DNA of 64,000 nucleotides from positions 24,392-88,391 of the forward strand of contig CALWNU010000037.1 in the NCBI GenBank assembly GCA_944382905.1, in the 5' to 3' direction. Below the pieces are notes generated by a model. That model was not told the origin of the DNA. It saw only the letters and a program-made list of their open reading frames with translations, and searched no databases. Within the stretch, counting starts at the first letter, position 1; every line of letters begins with the position of its first letter. This document shows positions 26,642 to 35,136 of the stretch, one piece after another. The translations under genes were made by a program, and so were the position numbers. Source of the stretch: an uncultured Clostridia bacterium. GTDB lineage: Bacteria; Bacillota; Clostridia; Oscillospirales; Ruminococcaceae.

Positions 26642-28000
26642 GTGAAAGAGGAATTCCGTATTTTATCCACTACCGCTATTTTGGGGTATGGCTTCCCCAA
26701 AGAGTCCTTTGACGAAGGGATGAAGCGCAAACCCGACCTGATCGCCGTAGACGCCGGTTCCACCGATCCCGGCCCCTACTATTTGGGCGAAGGCGTTTCC
26801 TTTACCGACCGCGGCGCTGTCAAGCGTGACCTGGAAATCATGATCTGCGCCGGCATCCGGGAAAACATCCCGGTGGTCATCGGCACGGCAGGCGGCTCCG
26901 GTGCAAAACCCCATTTGGAATGGTGCGCCGACATCATCCGGGAAATTGCCAAGGAAAACGATCTGCATTTTAAAATGGCGATGATCCATGCGGATATGGA
27001 CAAAGAAGAAATGAAAAAAGCGCTGGCGGCCGGCAAAATCAGCCCGCTGGATCCGGCGCCCCAGTTGACCGAAGCCGATATTGACGCTACGACGCACATT
27101 GTCGGCCAGATGGGCATCGAGCCGATTATGAAGGCGCTGGACAGCGGCGTCCAGGTTGTACTGGCAGGCCGTGCCTATGACCCGACCGTATTTGCGGCGC
27201 CTGCCATCCGCAAAGGCTATGACAAAGGGCTGGCCATTCACCTGGGCAAAATCCTGGAATGCGCTTCGATCTGCGCCACCCCGGGCAGTGGTTCCGACTG
27301 CATGTTCGGTTACCTGGGCGAGGATTATTTCCGGGTAGAGCCGCTTTCTTCGGTGCGCAAATGCACCACCCTGTCCGTTGCCGCCCATACGCTGTATGAA
27401 AAGACCAATCCTTACATTCTCCCCGGCCCCGGCGGCCATCTGGACCTGACCAATACAACTTTTGAGCAGGATTCGGAAAACACCGTCAAGGTCAAAGGCA
27501 GCCGTTATGTCACCGCGCCCAAATACACCATTAAGCTGGAAGGCGCAAAATGCATTGGATACCGCACGGTTTCTGTTGCCGGTACCCGCGACCCGATTAT
27601 GATCAGCAAAATCGATGACATTGTAGAAGGCGTTCGCGCCCGTGTTGCAGATAACTACCGGGACAAAGGATACCAGTATCATCTGAACTTCACCATCTAC
27701 GGCAAAAACGGCGTCATGGGAAATCTGGAGCCGGTCAAAGACGCCCATCCGCATGAGCTGGGTATCGTGATCGAAGTGGTGGCCGACACCCAGGAACAGG
27801 CGGATACCATCTGCGCTTCCGCGCGTTCCACCATGCTGCACTACGGCTACGAAGGCCGCCGTGCTACCGCCGGCAACCTGGCGTTCCCCTTCTCCCCCAG
27901 CGATTTCCATGCTGGCCGCGTATATGTCTTCAGCATGTACCACATCATCGAAGTGGACGATCCCACCTCGTTGTTCCCCATTGACATTGTCACCCTGTAA
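26642..28000 (+). CDS. DUF1446 (AtuA-like) family protein, function unknown
   Basis: 452 aa; the N-terminus ..ILSTTAILGYGFP..DLIAVDAGSTDPGPYYLG.. resembles the acyclic-terpene-utilisation AtuA family. GTG start 10 nt after AAGGAGG and 15 nt after the mal stop. Confidence 0.75.
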   Translation: MKEEFRILSTTAILGYGFPKESFDEGMKRKPDLIAVDAGSTDPGPYYLGEGVSFTDRGAVKRDLEIMICAGIRENIPVVIGTAGGSGAKPHLEWCADIIREIAKENDLHFKMAMIHADMDKEEMKKALAAGKISPLDPAPQLTEADIDATTHIVGQMGIEPIMKALDSGVQVVLAGRAYDPTVFAAPAIRKGYDKGLAIHLGKILECASICATPGSGSDCMFGYLGEDYFRVEPLSSVRKCTTLSVAAHTLYEKTNPYILPGPGGHLDLTNTTFEQDSENTVKVKGSRYVTAPKYTIKLEGAKCIGYRTVSVAGTRDPIMISKIDDIVEGVRARVADNYRDKGYQYHLNFTIYGKNGVMGNLEPVKDAHPHELGIVIEVVADTQEQADTICASARSTMLHYGYEGRRATAGNLAFPFSPSDFHAGRVYVFSMYHIIEVDDPTSLFPIDIVTL

Positions 28001-28015
28001 GGAGGAGAGATTGCG

Positions 28016-28333
28016 ATGAAAACCAAATTGACCGATATCACTGATGTTGTGCGCAGCAAGAACTCTGGTCCTTATGAGCTGACGCTGGACATCATGTTCA
28101 AAACCTTTGAAGATTTTGAAAAGGTCTGCGCCGCCAAGGCGATCAATGAAAAATTGATTTGCGACCTTTATAAAATCACGCCGGATCAGATTATCAACAT
28201 CATTGAATTCAAACCGGCGAAATCCATCAAGGTAACCATCAAACGGCCCATCTGCTCCGGCGATTTGGGAGAGACCGACGTATACGGCGCCCAGCAGCAT
28301 GCGCCTCTGTTGGATATCGTACTGGATCTGTAA
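28016..28333 (+). CDS. DUF4387 family small protein (usual partner of DUF1446)
   Basis: 105 aa, ..VRSKNSGPYELTLDIMF..GDLGETDVYGAQQHAPL.. . GGAGGAG RBS; 15-nt gap after the preceding gene. Confidence 0.7.
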   Translation: MKTKLTDITDVVRSKNSGPYELTLDIMFKTFEDFEKVCAAKAINEKLICDLYKITPDQIINIIEFKPAKSIKVTIKRPICSGDLGETDVYGAQQHAPLLDIVLDL

Positions 28334-28370
28334 AAGATTTCTGGACAGAAAAGGGATTTTCCATTAGAAT

Positions 28371-28400
28371 AAAGGTGGGCGTTGCCGCCCACCTTTTTTC
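28371..28400 (+). terminator. terminator ending the glutamate mutase operon
   Basis: AAAGGTGGGCG-ttgc-CGCCCACCTTT (11 bp) followed by TTTCTT. Confidence 0.85.
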
Positions 28401-28470
28401 TTATTGATCCGGTAGCGATGCGATCCCGGCAGGACTCTGCCCTGCCGCATGTTGGAAAAGGAGGTCCATT

Positions 28471-29400
28471 ATGCCATATTCCGCTCGAATGCAACAAAGC
28501 CATTTATACAGCGTTTACTTCGCCCCCAGGGGGTTGACCCGGATGGCGGATCTGGGAATGCAGATTGCCCAGCAGTATCTCAGCCCTTTTGATAAGCTGA
28601 TTGGCATTATTGGGGAGGCCGGTTCCGGCAAGAGCATGCTAGTCAAGGGCATGTTCCCGGGGCTGGAACTGACCAACGACGACGAAGGAGTGAATATCCG
28701 GCCGCTTCCGCTGCTTCAATTGGATACCGGCGCTTTTTACAGCCCGCACACCTATCATCTGGACGTCCGGTTCGAATCGGCTTTTACGCAGATGTGGCAG
28801 CTGAAAGATGCGATTTTAGAAGCCATTGACGCTGGCAAACGGGTTGTGGTGGAACATTTCGATCTGATTTACCCGATCCTTGGGGTCAATGCCCACCTGC
28901 TGATTGGTGTGGGCAGCGAAATCATCGTCACCCGGCCCAATATGTTTGGCCCGGAGCCGCAGGACATCGCAGACAGCGTATTCCACACGATCCATGACCG
29001 AAAAATGGCCCATTCGGCGGAGGATCTTTGCGGCCATATTCTGGAAGCCAATGGGATCACCCGGTTTGCTCACCGGGACGTCAAACACGGGTTTATCTTG
29101 GTATTCGACGAAAAGCCAGACCTCGATCTGAGGGCTCTGGAGATGGACGCCATGGCAGCCATCCAGATGGACCTGCCCATCTCCTATGTGGACGATAAGC
29201 ATATTTCCATCGGCAACGATCTGTATCACTGTACTGGTCCGCGGATGCATGTGGGCTCTACCGGCGAAATCAAGAATTTCGCCCTGCTGCATGAATTTAT
29301 GGAAGATCCGATTACCAAAGAATACTATCTGGTCGGTGTGGTCAGCTCCAAGGGTGAACTGCGGGCCAACGACCTGAACCGGATCCATGTGGAAGACTAG
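28471..29400 (+). CDS. uncharacterised P-loop NTPase-like protein
   Basis: 309 aa with Walker A GEAGSGKS and a possible Walker B (RVVVEHFD). Strong RBS AAAGGAGG. No family recognised. Confidence 0.65.
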   Translation: MPYSARMQQSHLYSVYFAPRGLTRMADLGMQIAQQYLSPFDKLIGIIGEAGSGKSMLVKGMFPGLELTNDDEGVNIRPLPLLQLDTGAFYSPHTYHLDVRFESAFTQMWQLKDAILEAIDAGKRVVVEHFDLIYPILGVNAHLLIGVGSEIIVTRPNMFGPEPQDIADSVFHTIHDRKMAHSAEDLCGHILEANGITRFAHRDVKHGFILVFDEKPDLDLRALEMDAMAAIQMDLPISYVDDKHISIGNDLYHCTGPRMHVGSTGEIKNFALLHEFMEDPITKEYYLVGVVSSKGELRANDLNRIHVED

Positions 29401-29410
29401 GAGGCGCGAA

Positions 29411-29941
29411 ATGGACAAAAAAAATGCATTTGGGTTAATTCATATCTACTGTGGCGACGGGAAAGGAAAAACCACCGCTGCGGTGGGGCTTTGCGTGCGG
29501 GCCAGCGGAAGAGGGAACAAATGCCTGTGGACTTCCTTTTTGAAGGATTACGATTCCGGGGAGTTTTTCGGGCAGCTTCCGTTTACTCTCTACCGCGGAG
29601 AACCCGTCCGCCAATTTGTGTTCACCATGACGGAAGAACAGAAGCAAGCCACTGCACAGGAACATACCAAACGGCTTCAGGCAGTGTTTGACAAAGCGGC
29701 CGCCGAAGGGTTCGACCTGCTGGTGCTGGACGAATCCATCGCTTCGTGCAACCTGGGGCTGATCCCTTTGGAATTGCTGGTCCAATTGCTCAAGGAAAAG
29801 CCCGCCGGGTTGGAGGTGGTGCTGACCGGCCGCGATCCCAAGCCGGAACTGGTGGAGTTGGCGCATTATGTCAGCGAGATCCGCCCGTTGAAGCATCCCT
29901 ACGACAGCGGCATCCCTAGCCGGGAAGGGATTGAAAACTAA
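29411..29941 (+). CDS. cobO: cob(I)yrinic acid a,c-diamide / corrinoid adenosyltransferase (CobO/BtuR type)
   Basis: IHIYCGDGKGKTTAAVGL P-loop, ..LLVLDE.. and ..E.....HPYD.G are CobA/CobO family motifs. ATG 29411 lies 10 nt after the upstream stop. Confidence 0.85.
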   Translation: MDKKNAFGLIHIYCGDGKGKTTAAVGLCVRASGRGNKCLWTSFLKDYDSGEFFGQLPFTLYRGEPVRQFVFTMTEEQKQATAQEHTKRLQAVFDKAAAEGFDLLVLDESIASCNLGLIPLELLVQLLKEKPAGLEVVLTGRDPKPELVELAHYVSEIRPLKHPYDSGIPSREGIEN

Positions 29942-29952
29942 TCGGTACCAGC

Positions 29953-29991
29953 AAAAAAGGGGGAAAAGCGCATGGCTTTTCCCCCTTTTTT
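29953..29991. terminator. bidirectional terminator between convergent cobO and deoD
   Basis: A6-GGGGGAAAAGC-gcatg-GCTTTTCCCCC-T6. Confidence 0.85.
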
Positions 29992-30001
29992 CTTTGCTTT
30001 C

Positions 30002-30718
30002 TTACAGTAAAACTGCTGTTTCCAGCGCAATTTCCATCATCTGGGTAAAAGAACTCTGCCGTTCCGCAGAAGAGCTGCTCTCTCCTGTTAGCGGACAATC
30101 GGAAATGGTGCAGATGGCAAGCGCCTCTTTCCCACACAAAGCGGCATTCATATACAGCGCGGCCGTCTCCATTTCCACCGCCAGCACCCCCATTTTTTGC
30201 CACTTAAGCAAGCTATCGCTTCGTTCATCATAAAAGGTGTCCGAAGAATACAAATTTCCCACAATCAAATCGATCCCCTGCTGTTTGGCCGTATCCACCG
30301 CCGTTTTCAGCATCCGATAACTGGCGATGGGCGCGTAGTCTCCTGGGAGCTGAAACTGTTTGGCAAAAGCAGAATTGGTGCAGGCGCCCATCCCCGCCAC
30401 TACGTCGCGCAGTTTCAAATCCGATCGGATGGCGCCAGCCGTCCCGATCCGGATAATGTGGTCCACCCCGTAAAAGGAAAAGAGTTCATAGCTGTAAATC
30501 CCCATCGACGGCATTCCCATGCCGCTTGCCATAACCGAAATCTCCTTGCCGTGGTAACGCCCGGTATAACCGTTGATCCCCCGCACCGGATTGACCAACT
30601 TGGCGTCTTCCAAATAGGTTTGCGCAATGAATGCAGCACGCAGCGGATCCCCCGGCATCAAAACCGTTTTGGCAAAATCTCCTTCTTTTGCACTGATGTG
30701 CGGCGTTGGTACTGGCAT
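30002..30718 (-). CDS. deoD: purine nucleoside phosphorylase, DeoD type
   Basis: PTPHI.A..GDFA..VLMPGDPLRA..GMGMPS..IY..EL...Y.V..IIR.GT.G..EMETAALY. Confidence 0.9.
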   Translation of the reverse strand: MPVPTPHISAKEGDFAKTVLMPGDPLRAAFIAQTYLEDAKLVNPVRGINGYTGRYHGKEISVMASGMGMPSMGIYSYELFSFYGVDHIIRIGTAGAIRSDLKLRDVVAGMGACTNSAFAKQFQLPGDYAPIASYRMLKTAVDTAKQQGIDLIVGNLYSSDTFYDERSDSLLKWQKMGVLAVEMETAALYMNAALCGKEALAICTISDCPLTGESSSSAERQSSFTQMMEIALETAVLL

Positions 30719-30811
30719 TTTGAATTCCCCTTTCTCATTTCCTGCGCAGGGAAGCCTCCCGCCGGCCTTTCGGGATCCTTGCCCCTGCGCCGGCGTTCCC
30801 CCGCCTTTTTC

Positions 30812-31390
30812 TCACGCGTTTTCGCTCCGCTCGTATTCCCGCATCGCTTCCAAGGTATCGGACAACAGCCGGTCCAGCTCCCAGCCCAGCATTTCCGCCC
30901 CTTTGGCGATGATTTCTCGGGAACAGCCGGCGGCGAAGGCCGGCGATTTGTATTTCTTTTTCAACGATTTCAAATCCATATCCTGGCAGCTTTTCGACGG
31001 ACGAATCAACGCGGCGGCGCCAATCAGCCCAGTCAGTTCATCCACCGCATACAGCACTTTTTCCATCTCGTGTTCCGGCTTGATCTGCACCATCAGCCCA
31101 TACCCGTGGCTGGCCGTGGCATGAATGATTGCCGGATCCATTCCTCTTTCCTGCATGATCTGCTGGGATTTGATACAATGCTCTTCAGGGAATTGCTCGA
31201 AATCCAGATCATGCAGCAAGCCGACGATTTTCCAGAATTCGGCGTCCTGCCCATAGCCCAGTTTGTTTGCGTACCACCCCATCACCCAGGCGACCGTTTT
31301 GGCATGCTGCAGATGAAACGGCTCTTTGTTGTATTCGCACAAGAATTCCCACGCTTGTTCATACGTCATCGTTTGGATCGTCCTTTCCAT
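30812..31390 (-). CDS. HD-domain (HDIG-like) phosphohydrolase
   Basis: H..V......A......D.......LLHDLD metal-binding pattern, ~190 aa. An alternative start at ATG 31369 has the better RBS. Confidence 0.7.
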   Translation of the reverse strand: MERTIQTMTYEQAWEFLCEYNKEPFHLQHAKTVAWVMGWYANKLGYGQDAEFWKIVGLLHDLDFEQFPEEHCIKSQQIMQERGMDPAIIHATASHGYGLMVQIKPEHEMEKVLYAVDELTGLIGAAALIRPSKSCQDMDLKSLKKKYKSPAFAAGCSREIIAKGAEMLGWELDRLLSDTLEAMREYERSENA

Positions 31391-31500
31391 ATCTGTTTAT
31401 AGTTTGACTATAGCACACCCGAAAAAAAAGTCAAGGCGCCCCGCACCGATCCGGCGCGGCTGCATAGGATGAAGCAAATACATTTTTCGAGGTGGGTCCT

Positions 31501-32301
31501 ATGAATACACAATATACGACGGACGCCTTTCCGGGAACCGATCTGAAAATCGGGTCCAGCGGCGAAGACGTACTGCGGATGCAGCGCGATTTGAATGCCA
31601 TCGGCCGCCAGTACCCCTCTATTCCTCCACTGAAAGAGGACGGCTTTTTCGGTTCCCAGACCGAGCAGGCAGTTCGAGCGTTCCAACGGTTGTTTTCCCT
31701 GCGTGAAGACGGCATCATCGGGCCGGTGACCTGGAACAAAATCGTCTCGGTTGCGCAAAACCTTCCTGATTCTCCCGGCGAGACGGTCCCCTACCCCGGC
31801 AGCCCGCTGATTTTAGGGTCCAAAGGCCCAGCCGTACTGCACATACAGCAGCAGCTCAATCGAATCCGCCAGGTATATCCGTCCATTCCGGCACTGAAGG
31901 AAGACGGCATTTTTGGCAAGGATACCCAGCGCGCAGTGATGGAATTCCAGCGGCTGTTTTTGCTGCCCGCCCATGGCGCGGTAGAAGAAATCACCTGGAA
32001 TGCCATCGAAAACGCAGCCAAAAACCTGCCCGAACAACCGTTGCTTCCCTGGGACGGAACCGTATTGTCCTACGGCTCGATGGGCGAGCGGGTCAGCGTT
32101 TTACAGCAGTACCTCAATGATGTAGGCGACGCTTACCCCTCCATCCCGTTGGTGGCGGTGAACGGGAAATTCGATGTGGAAACCCAAAACGCCGTGATGA
32201 TGTTCCAACATCTGTTTGACCTGAAGGTAGACGGCATTGCAGGAGAAAAGACCTGGAACCGTCTTCTGCAGGTGAAAAATTATCTGATGCGCCAAGGATA
32301 G
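31501..32301 (+). CDS. protein made of three tandem peptidoglycan-binding (PG_binding_1) domains
   Basis: Three ~85-aa repeats each contain G..G..V..+Q..LN.....YPSIP....DG.FG..T..AV..FQ..F.L..DG..G..TWN. ATG 31501 is preceded by GAGGTG. No signal peptide or catalytic domain seen. Confidence 0.8.
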   Translation: MNTQYTTDAFPGTDLKIGSSGEDVLRMQRDLNAIGRQYPSIPPLKEDGFFGSQTEQAVRAFQRLFSLREDGIIGPVTWNKIVSVAQNLPDSPGETVPYPGSPLILGSKGPAVLHIQQQLNRIRQVYPSIPALKEDGIFGKDTQRAVMEFQRLFLLPAHGAVEEITWNAIENAAKNLPEQPLLPWDGTVLSYGSMGERVSVLQQYLNDVGDAYPSIPLVAVNGKFDVETQNAVMMFQHLFDLKVDGIAGEKTWNRLLQVKNYLMRQG

Positions 32302-32405
32302 GCCATGTTCCGGCGAGAACCGGGAGAAGTTTGGCGCCGGCGCTTGTTTTTCCCCGGTTGACATGCTAGGATTGAAGAAAAGGAAAAGAGAGGGACCGGT
32401 GAAAG

Positions 32406-32960
32406 ATGAGAAAAATACTGGTTGTGGTGGATATGCAAAACGATTTTGTAACCGGCGCACTGGGTACGCCCGAGGCCCAAGCCATGCTGCCCGCGCTGCT
32501 GGATTATGTAGAACATTTTCCCGGACAGATCGTTTTTACCCTGGACACCCATGGAGAAGATTACCTCAACAGCCGAGAAGGCCGACAGCTCCCGGTGGTC
32601 CATTGCGTCAAAGATACCGACGGCTGGAAACTGGTAGATCCGCTGCAGGCATTTGCCCAAGCCCACAGCTGCCAGATTTTTTGCAAAAAGACCTTTGGTA
32701 GCGCCGAGTTGGCGCAATGGCTGCAAACGGAACACGAAACCGATCCCATCGGCGAAATCCTATTAGCCGGCGTGTGTACGGATATCTGCGTGATTTCCAA
32801 CGCCATGACCATACGCTCTTTTTTGCCGGAGGTCCCTATCGGGATTGTCGCCAATTGCTGTGCCGGAGTTACTCCGCAGCGGCACCAAACGGCGCTGGAC
32901 GCTATGGAAAGCTGCCAGATGCAAATCCTCTCCTCAAACGACAGCGGCGCATCTTTGTAA
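32406..32960 (+). CDS. isochorismatase-family cysteine hydrolase (nicotinamidase-like)
   Basis: ILVVVDMQNDF..G.L, catalytic-Cys context LLAGVCTDICV. The PncA assignment is plausible but not certain. Confidence 0.7.
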   Translation: MRKILVVVDMQNDFVTGALGTPEAQAMLPALLDYVEHFPGQIVFTLDTHGEDYLNSREGRQLPVVHCVKDTDGWKLVDPLQAFAQAHSCQIFCKKTFGSAELAQWLQTEHETDPIGEILLAGVCTDICVISNAMTIRSFLPEVPIGIVANCCAGVTPQRHQTALDAMESCQMQILSSNDSGASL

Positions 32961-33095
32961 AGAAATGGTTTTGCGCGGTTTTTTCCAAAAGGAAAAGGCC
33001 GCGCTCTTTTTTGCATGATTTTCTTTCGAAAAGGAAACACTAAATCTAAAGTTCAACTGGGGAAAATCTTTTTCCTCGTTTTTACCGATCTATGG

Positions 33096-33124
33096 TTGAC
33101 AAGGCGGTCAGGAAAGCATATGAT
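33096..33124 (+). promoter_or_regulatory. sigma-A-like promoter of the mgtE leader
   Basis: TTGACA, 17-nt spacer, TATGAT. Confidence 0.65.
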
Positions 33125-33134
33125 AGAGAAGGAA

Positions 33135-33357
33135 TAAAAGAACCCGGTAGGTAAGGCTACCACAGGGATACGGATTGCTGCCGCGAAATAGTGGAGACAC
33201 TATGAGAAGGTCAACAGGCTATGTCGAAACCAAGGCATCGCTTAATGTAATTTCATTGCCCTGCGAAGCTGAAGCTCGAACGGTGGCTGGATGGCAGCCT
33301 GTATGGGACAGGCCGCAGAAATTTCACCGCGGGAGCAAATGCTTCGGCGGTTTTTTG
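33135..33357 (+). ncRNA. M-box (ykoK-type) magnesium riboswitch with terminator
   Basis: GGTAGGTAAGGCT..GATACG..TTGCTGCCGC..GAGACACTATGAGAAGGTCAACAGG..CGAAACCAAGG..CTGAAGCTCGAACGG parallels the B. subtilis mgtE M-box core. Terminator ACCGCGGGAGC-aaat-GCTTCGGCGGT plus T6 lies at 33326-33357. Confidence 0.85.
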
Positions 33358-33583
33358 TTCCGTTTTCTGCCCAGCTGGCTAACGCCCTGGCGGATTCAAT
33401 CTCAAAATCAAGCGAGGTGACACAGCATGGATACAGGAAGTTCCGGCGGCGCACCGGCCGGCGCAATAAGTTGGTTTTTTACGGGAAAGTCCCGCTGTTT
33501 CCTGCTGGGGTTCCCCTTCGAACCATAACTTTTCCCGGCCTGCTGTCCCACTTCCTACCTAACAGACAAACTCATTAGGAGGA

Positions 33584-34927
33584 ATGAACATGACAGAAAA
33601 AGCATTGGCCCTTTTGAAAGAAAAAAAATACCTGCAGTTAAAACAAATGCTGAAAGAAGAGAACCCCGTCGACATTGCAGGTATTTTAGAGGAGATGCCT
33701 GCGGAGATGCTGCTGCTGGTGTACCGGCTGCTCCCCAAAGAGCTGGCGGCAGAAGTGTTCGCGGAAATGGACAACGACCAGCAGGAAATCCTCATCCAGG
33801 CATTCAGTGATCAAGAGCTTCAGGACGTGCTGGACGAACTGTATTTGGACGATACGGTGGACATCATTGAAGAAATGCCCGCCAACGTGGTCAAGCGCAT
33901 CCTGCGCCAGACAAAACCGGAAGTCCGCAAAAAGATCAATGAGATTCTGCATTATCCGGAAGACGGCGCCGGCAGTATCATGACCATCGAGTATGTGGAC
34001 CTGAAAAAAAACATGACGGTGGACGAGGCCTTTTCCCGCATCCGGGCCACCGGGGTAGACAAGGAAACCATCTATACCTGCTATGTGACCAACGCAGACC
34101 GGAAACTGGAAGGATTGGTCACCGTCCGTGAATTGCTGCTATCCCCCAAATCGGCAATCATCGGCGATATTATGGAAACCCATGTGATTGCAGCCTCCAC
34201 CTTGGACGACAAGGAGCAGGTGGCAAACCAGCTGAAAAAATACGATTTTCTGGCTCTGCCGGTAGTGGATCAGGAAAACCGCCTGGTGGGGATCGTGACC
34301 TTTGACGACGCAATGGACGTCCTGCAGGATGAAAGCACAGAAGATATCGAGATGATGGCCGCCATCACCCCCACAGGAAAACCATATCTGAAGACCAGCA
34401 CGCTGGACATCTGGAAAAAACGGGTTCCGTGGCTATTGCTGCTGATGGTGTCCGCAACCTTTACCGGGAAAATCATCCAGGTGTACGAAGACGCGCTGGC
34501 CGCGCAGGTGGTTCTTACCGCCTTTATCCCCATGCTGATGGATACCGGGGGAAATGCCGGCAGCCAGTCCTCTGTTACGGTAATCCGTGGACTGTCTTTG
34601 GGCGAAATTCGTATGACGGATATTTTTAAAATCATCTGGAAAGAGACCCGGGTCGCCTTGCTGTGTGGATTGACCCTGGCCATTGCCAATTTCGCTAAGA
34701 TGATGCTTTTGGACCGGATCAGCTTTTCGGTTTCGCTGGTGGTCGGCCTGACCTTGGTAGTCACTGTTGCTATCGCCAAAATCACTGGCGGTACCCTTCC
34801 CATTCTGGCAAAGCGGGTCGGCGTGGACCCGGCGGTGATGGCCAGCCCGTTTATTACAACGGTGGTGGATGCGCTTTCTTTGATCGTCTATTTTCAAATC
34901 GCTTCCGCCTTGCTCCCTTTGTCTTAA
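33584..34927 (+). CDS. mgtE: magnesium transporter MgtE
   Basis: N-domain, tandem CBS domains, and C-terminal TM domain with ..PMLMDTGGNAGSQS... RBS AGGAGG. Confidence 0.95.
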   Translation: MNMTEKALALLKEKKYLQLKQMLKEENPVDIAGILEEMPAEMLLLVYRLLPKELAAEVFAEMDNDQQEILIQAFSDQELQDVLDELYLDDTVDIIEEMPANVVKRILRQTKPEVRKKINEILHYPEDGAGSIMTIEYVDLKKNMTVDEAFSRIRATGVDKETIYTCYVTNADRKLEGLVTVRELLLSPKSAIIGDIMETHVIAASTLDDKEQVANQLKKYDFLALPVVDQENRLVGIVTFDDAMDVLQDESTEDIEMMAAITPTGKPYLKTSTLDIWKKRVPWLLLLMVSATFTGKIIQVYEDALAAQVVLTAFIPMLMDTGGNAGSQSSVTVIRGLSLGEIRMTDIFKIIWKETRVALLCGLTLAIANFAKMMLLDRISFSVSLVVGLTLVVTVAIAKITGGTLPILAKRVGVDPAVMASPFITTVVDALSLIVYFQIASALLPLS

Positions 34928-34948
34928 ACACCAACGTCTATCTGTGGC

Positions 34949-34985
34949 AAAAAAACTGCCTTGCATTCTGCAAGGCAGTTTTTTT
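34949..34985. terminator. bidirectional terminator after mgtE
   Basis: A7-CTGCCTTGCA-ttc-TGCAAGGCAG-T7. Confidence 0.85.
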
Positions 34986-35136
34986 AGATTTCTTCCCGCT
35001 TCATATGGAAAAACAAGCGCAGAATCGGCGACAAAATCTTAGGACATTTTACCACAACAACCTTCATAAGTACCGCCCTTTCAAATGTGGATTTGCTTTA
35101 TTATATACAATCGTTCCCCACTTGGTGAACGTCCCG

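Noticed and set aside
22022-28300. Series of long minus-strand ORFs (22022-23077, 23633-24877, 24965-26530, 26663-28300)
   Set aside because: All are antisense to the glmS-glmL-glmE-mal-DUF1446 genes, which match well-known protein families residue by residue. The antisense translations have no motifs.
30197-31402. 401-aa plus-strand ORF spanning two genes
   Set aside because: It runs antisense across deoD and the HD-domain gene and through their intergenic region. It is Arg/His/Pro-rich with no domain.
33175-33578. ORFs of 81 and 95 aa inside the mgtE leader
   Set aside because: They overlap the M-box aptamer and terminator, have no RBS and are not coding-like.
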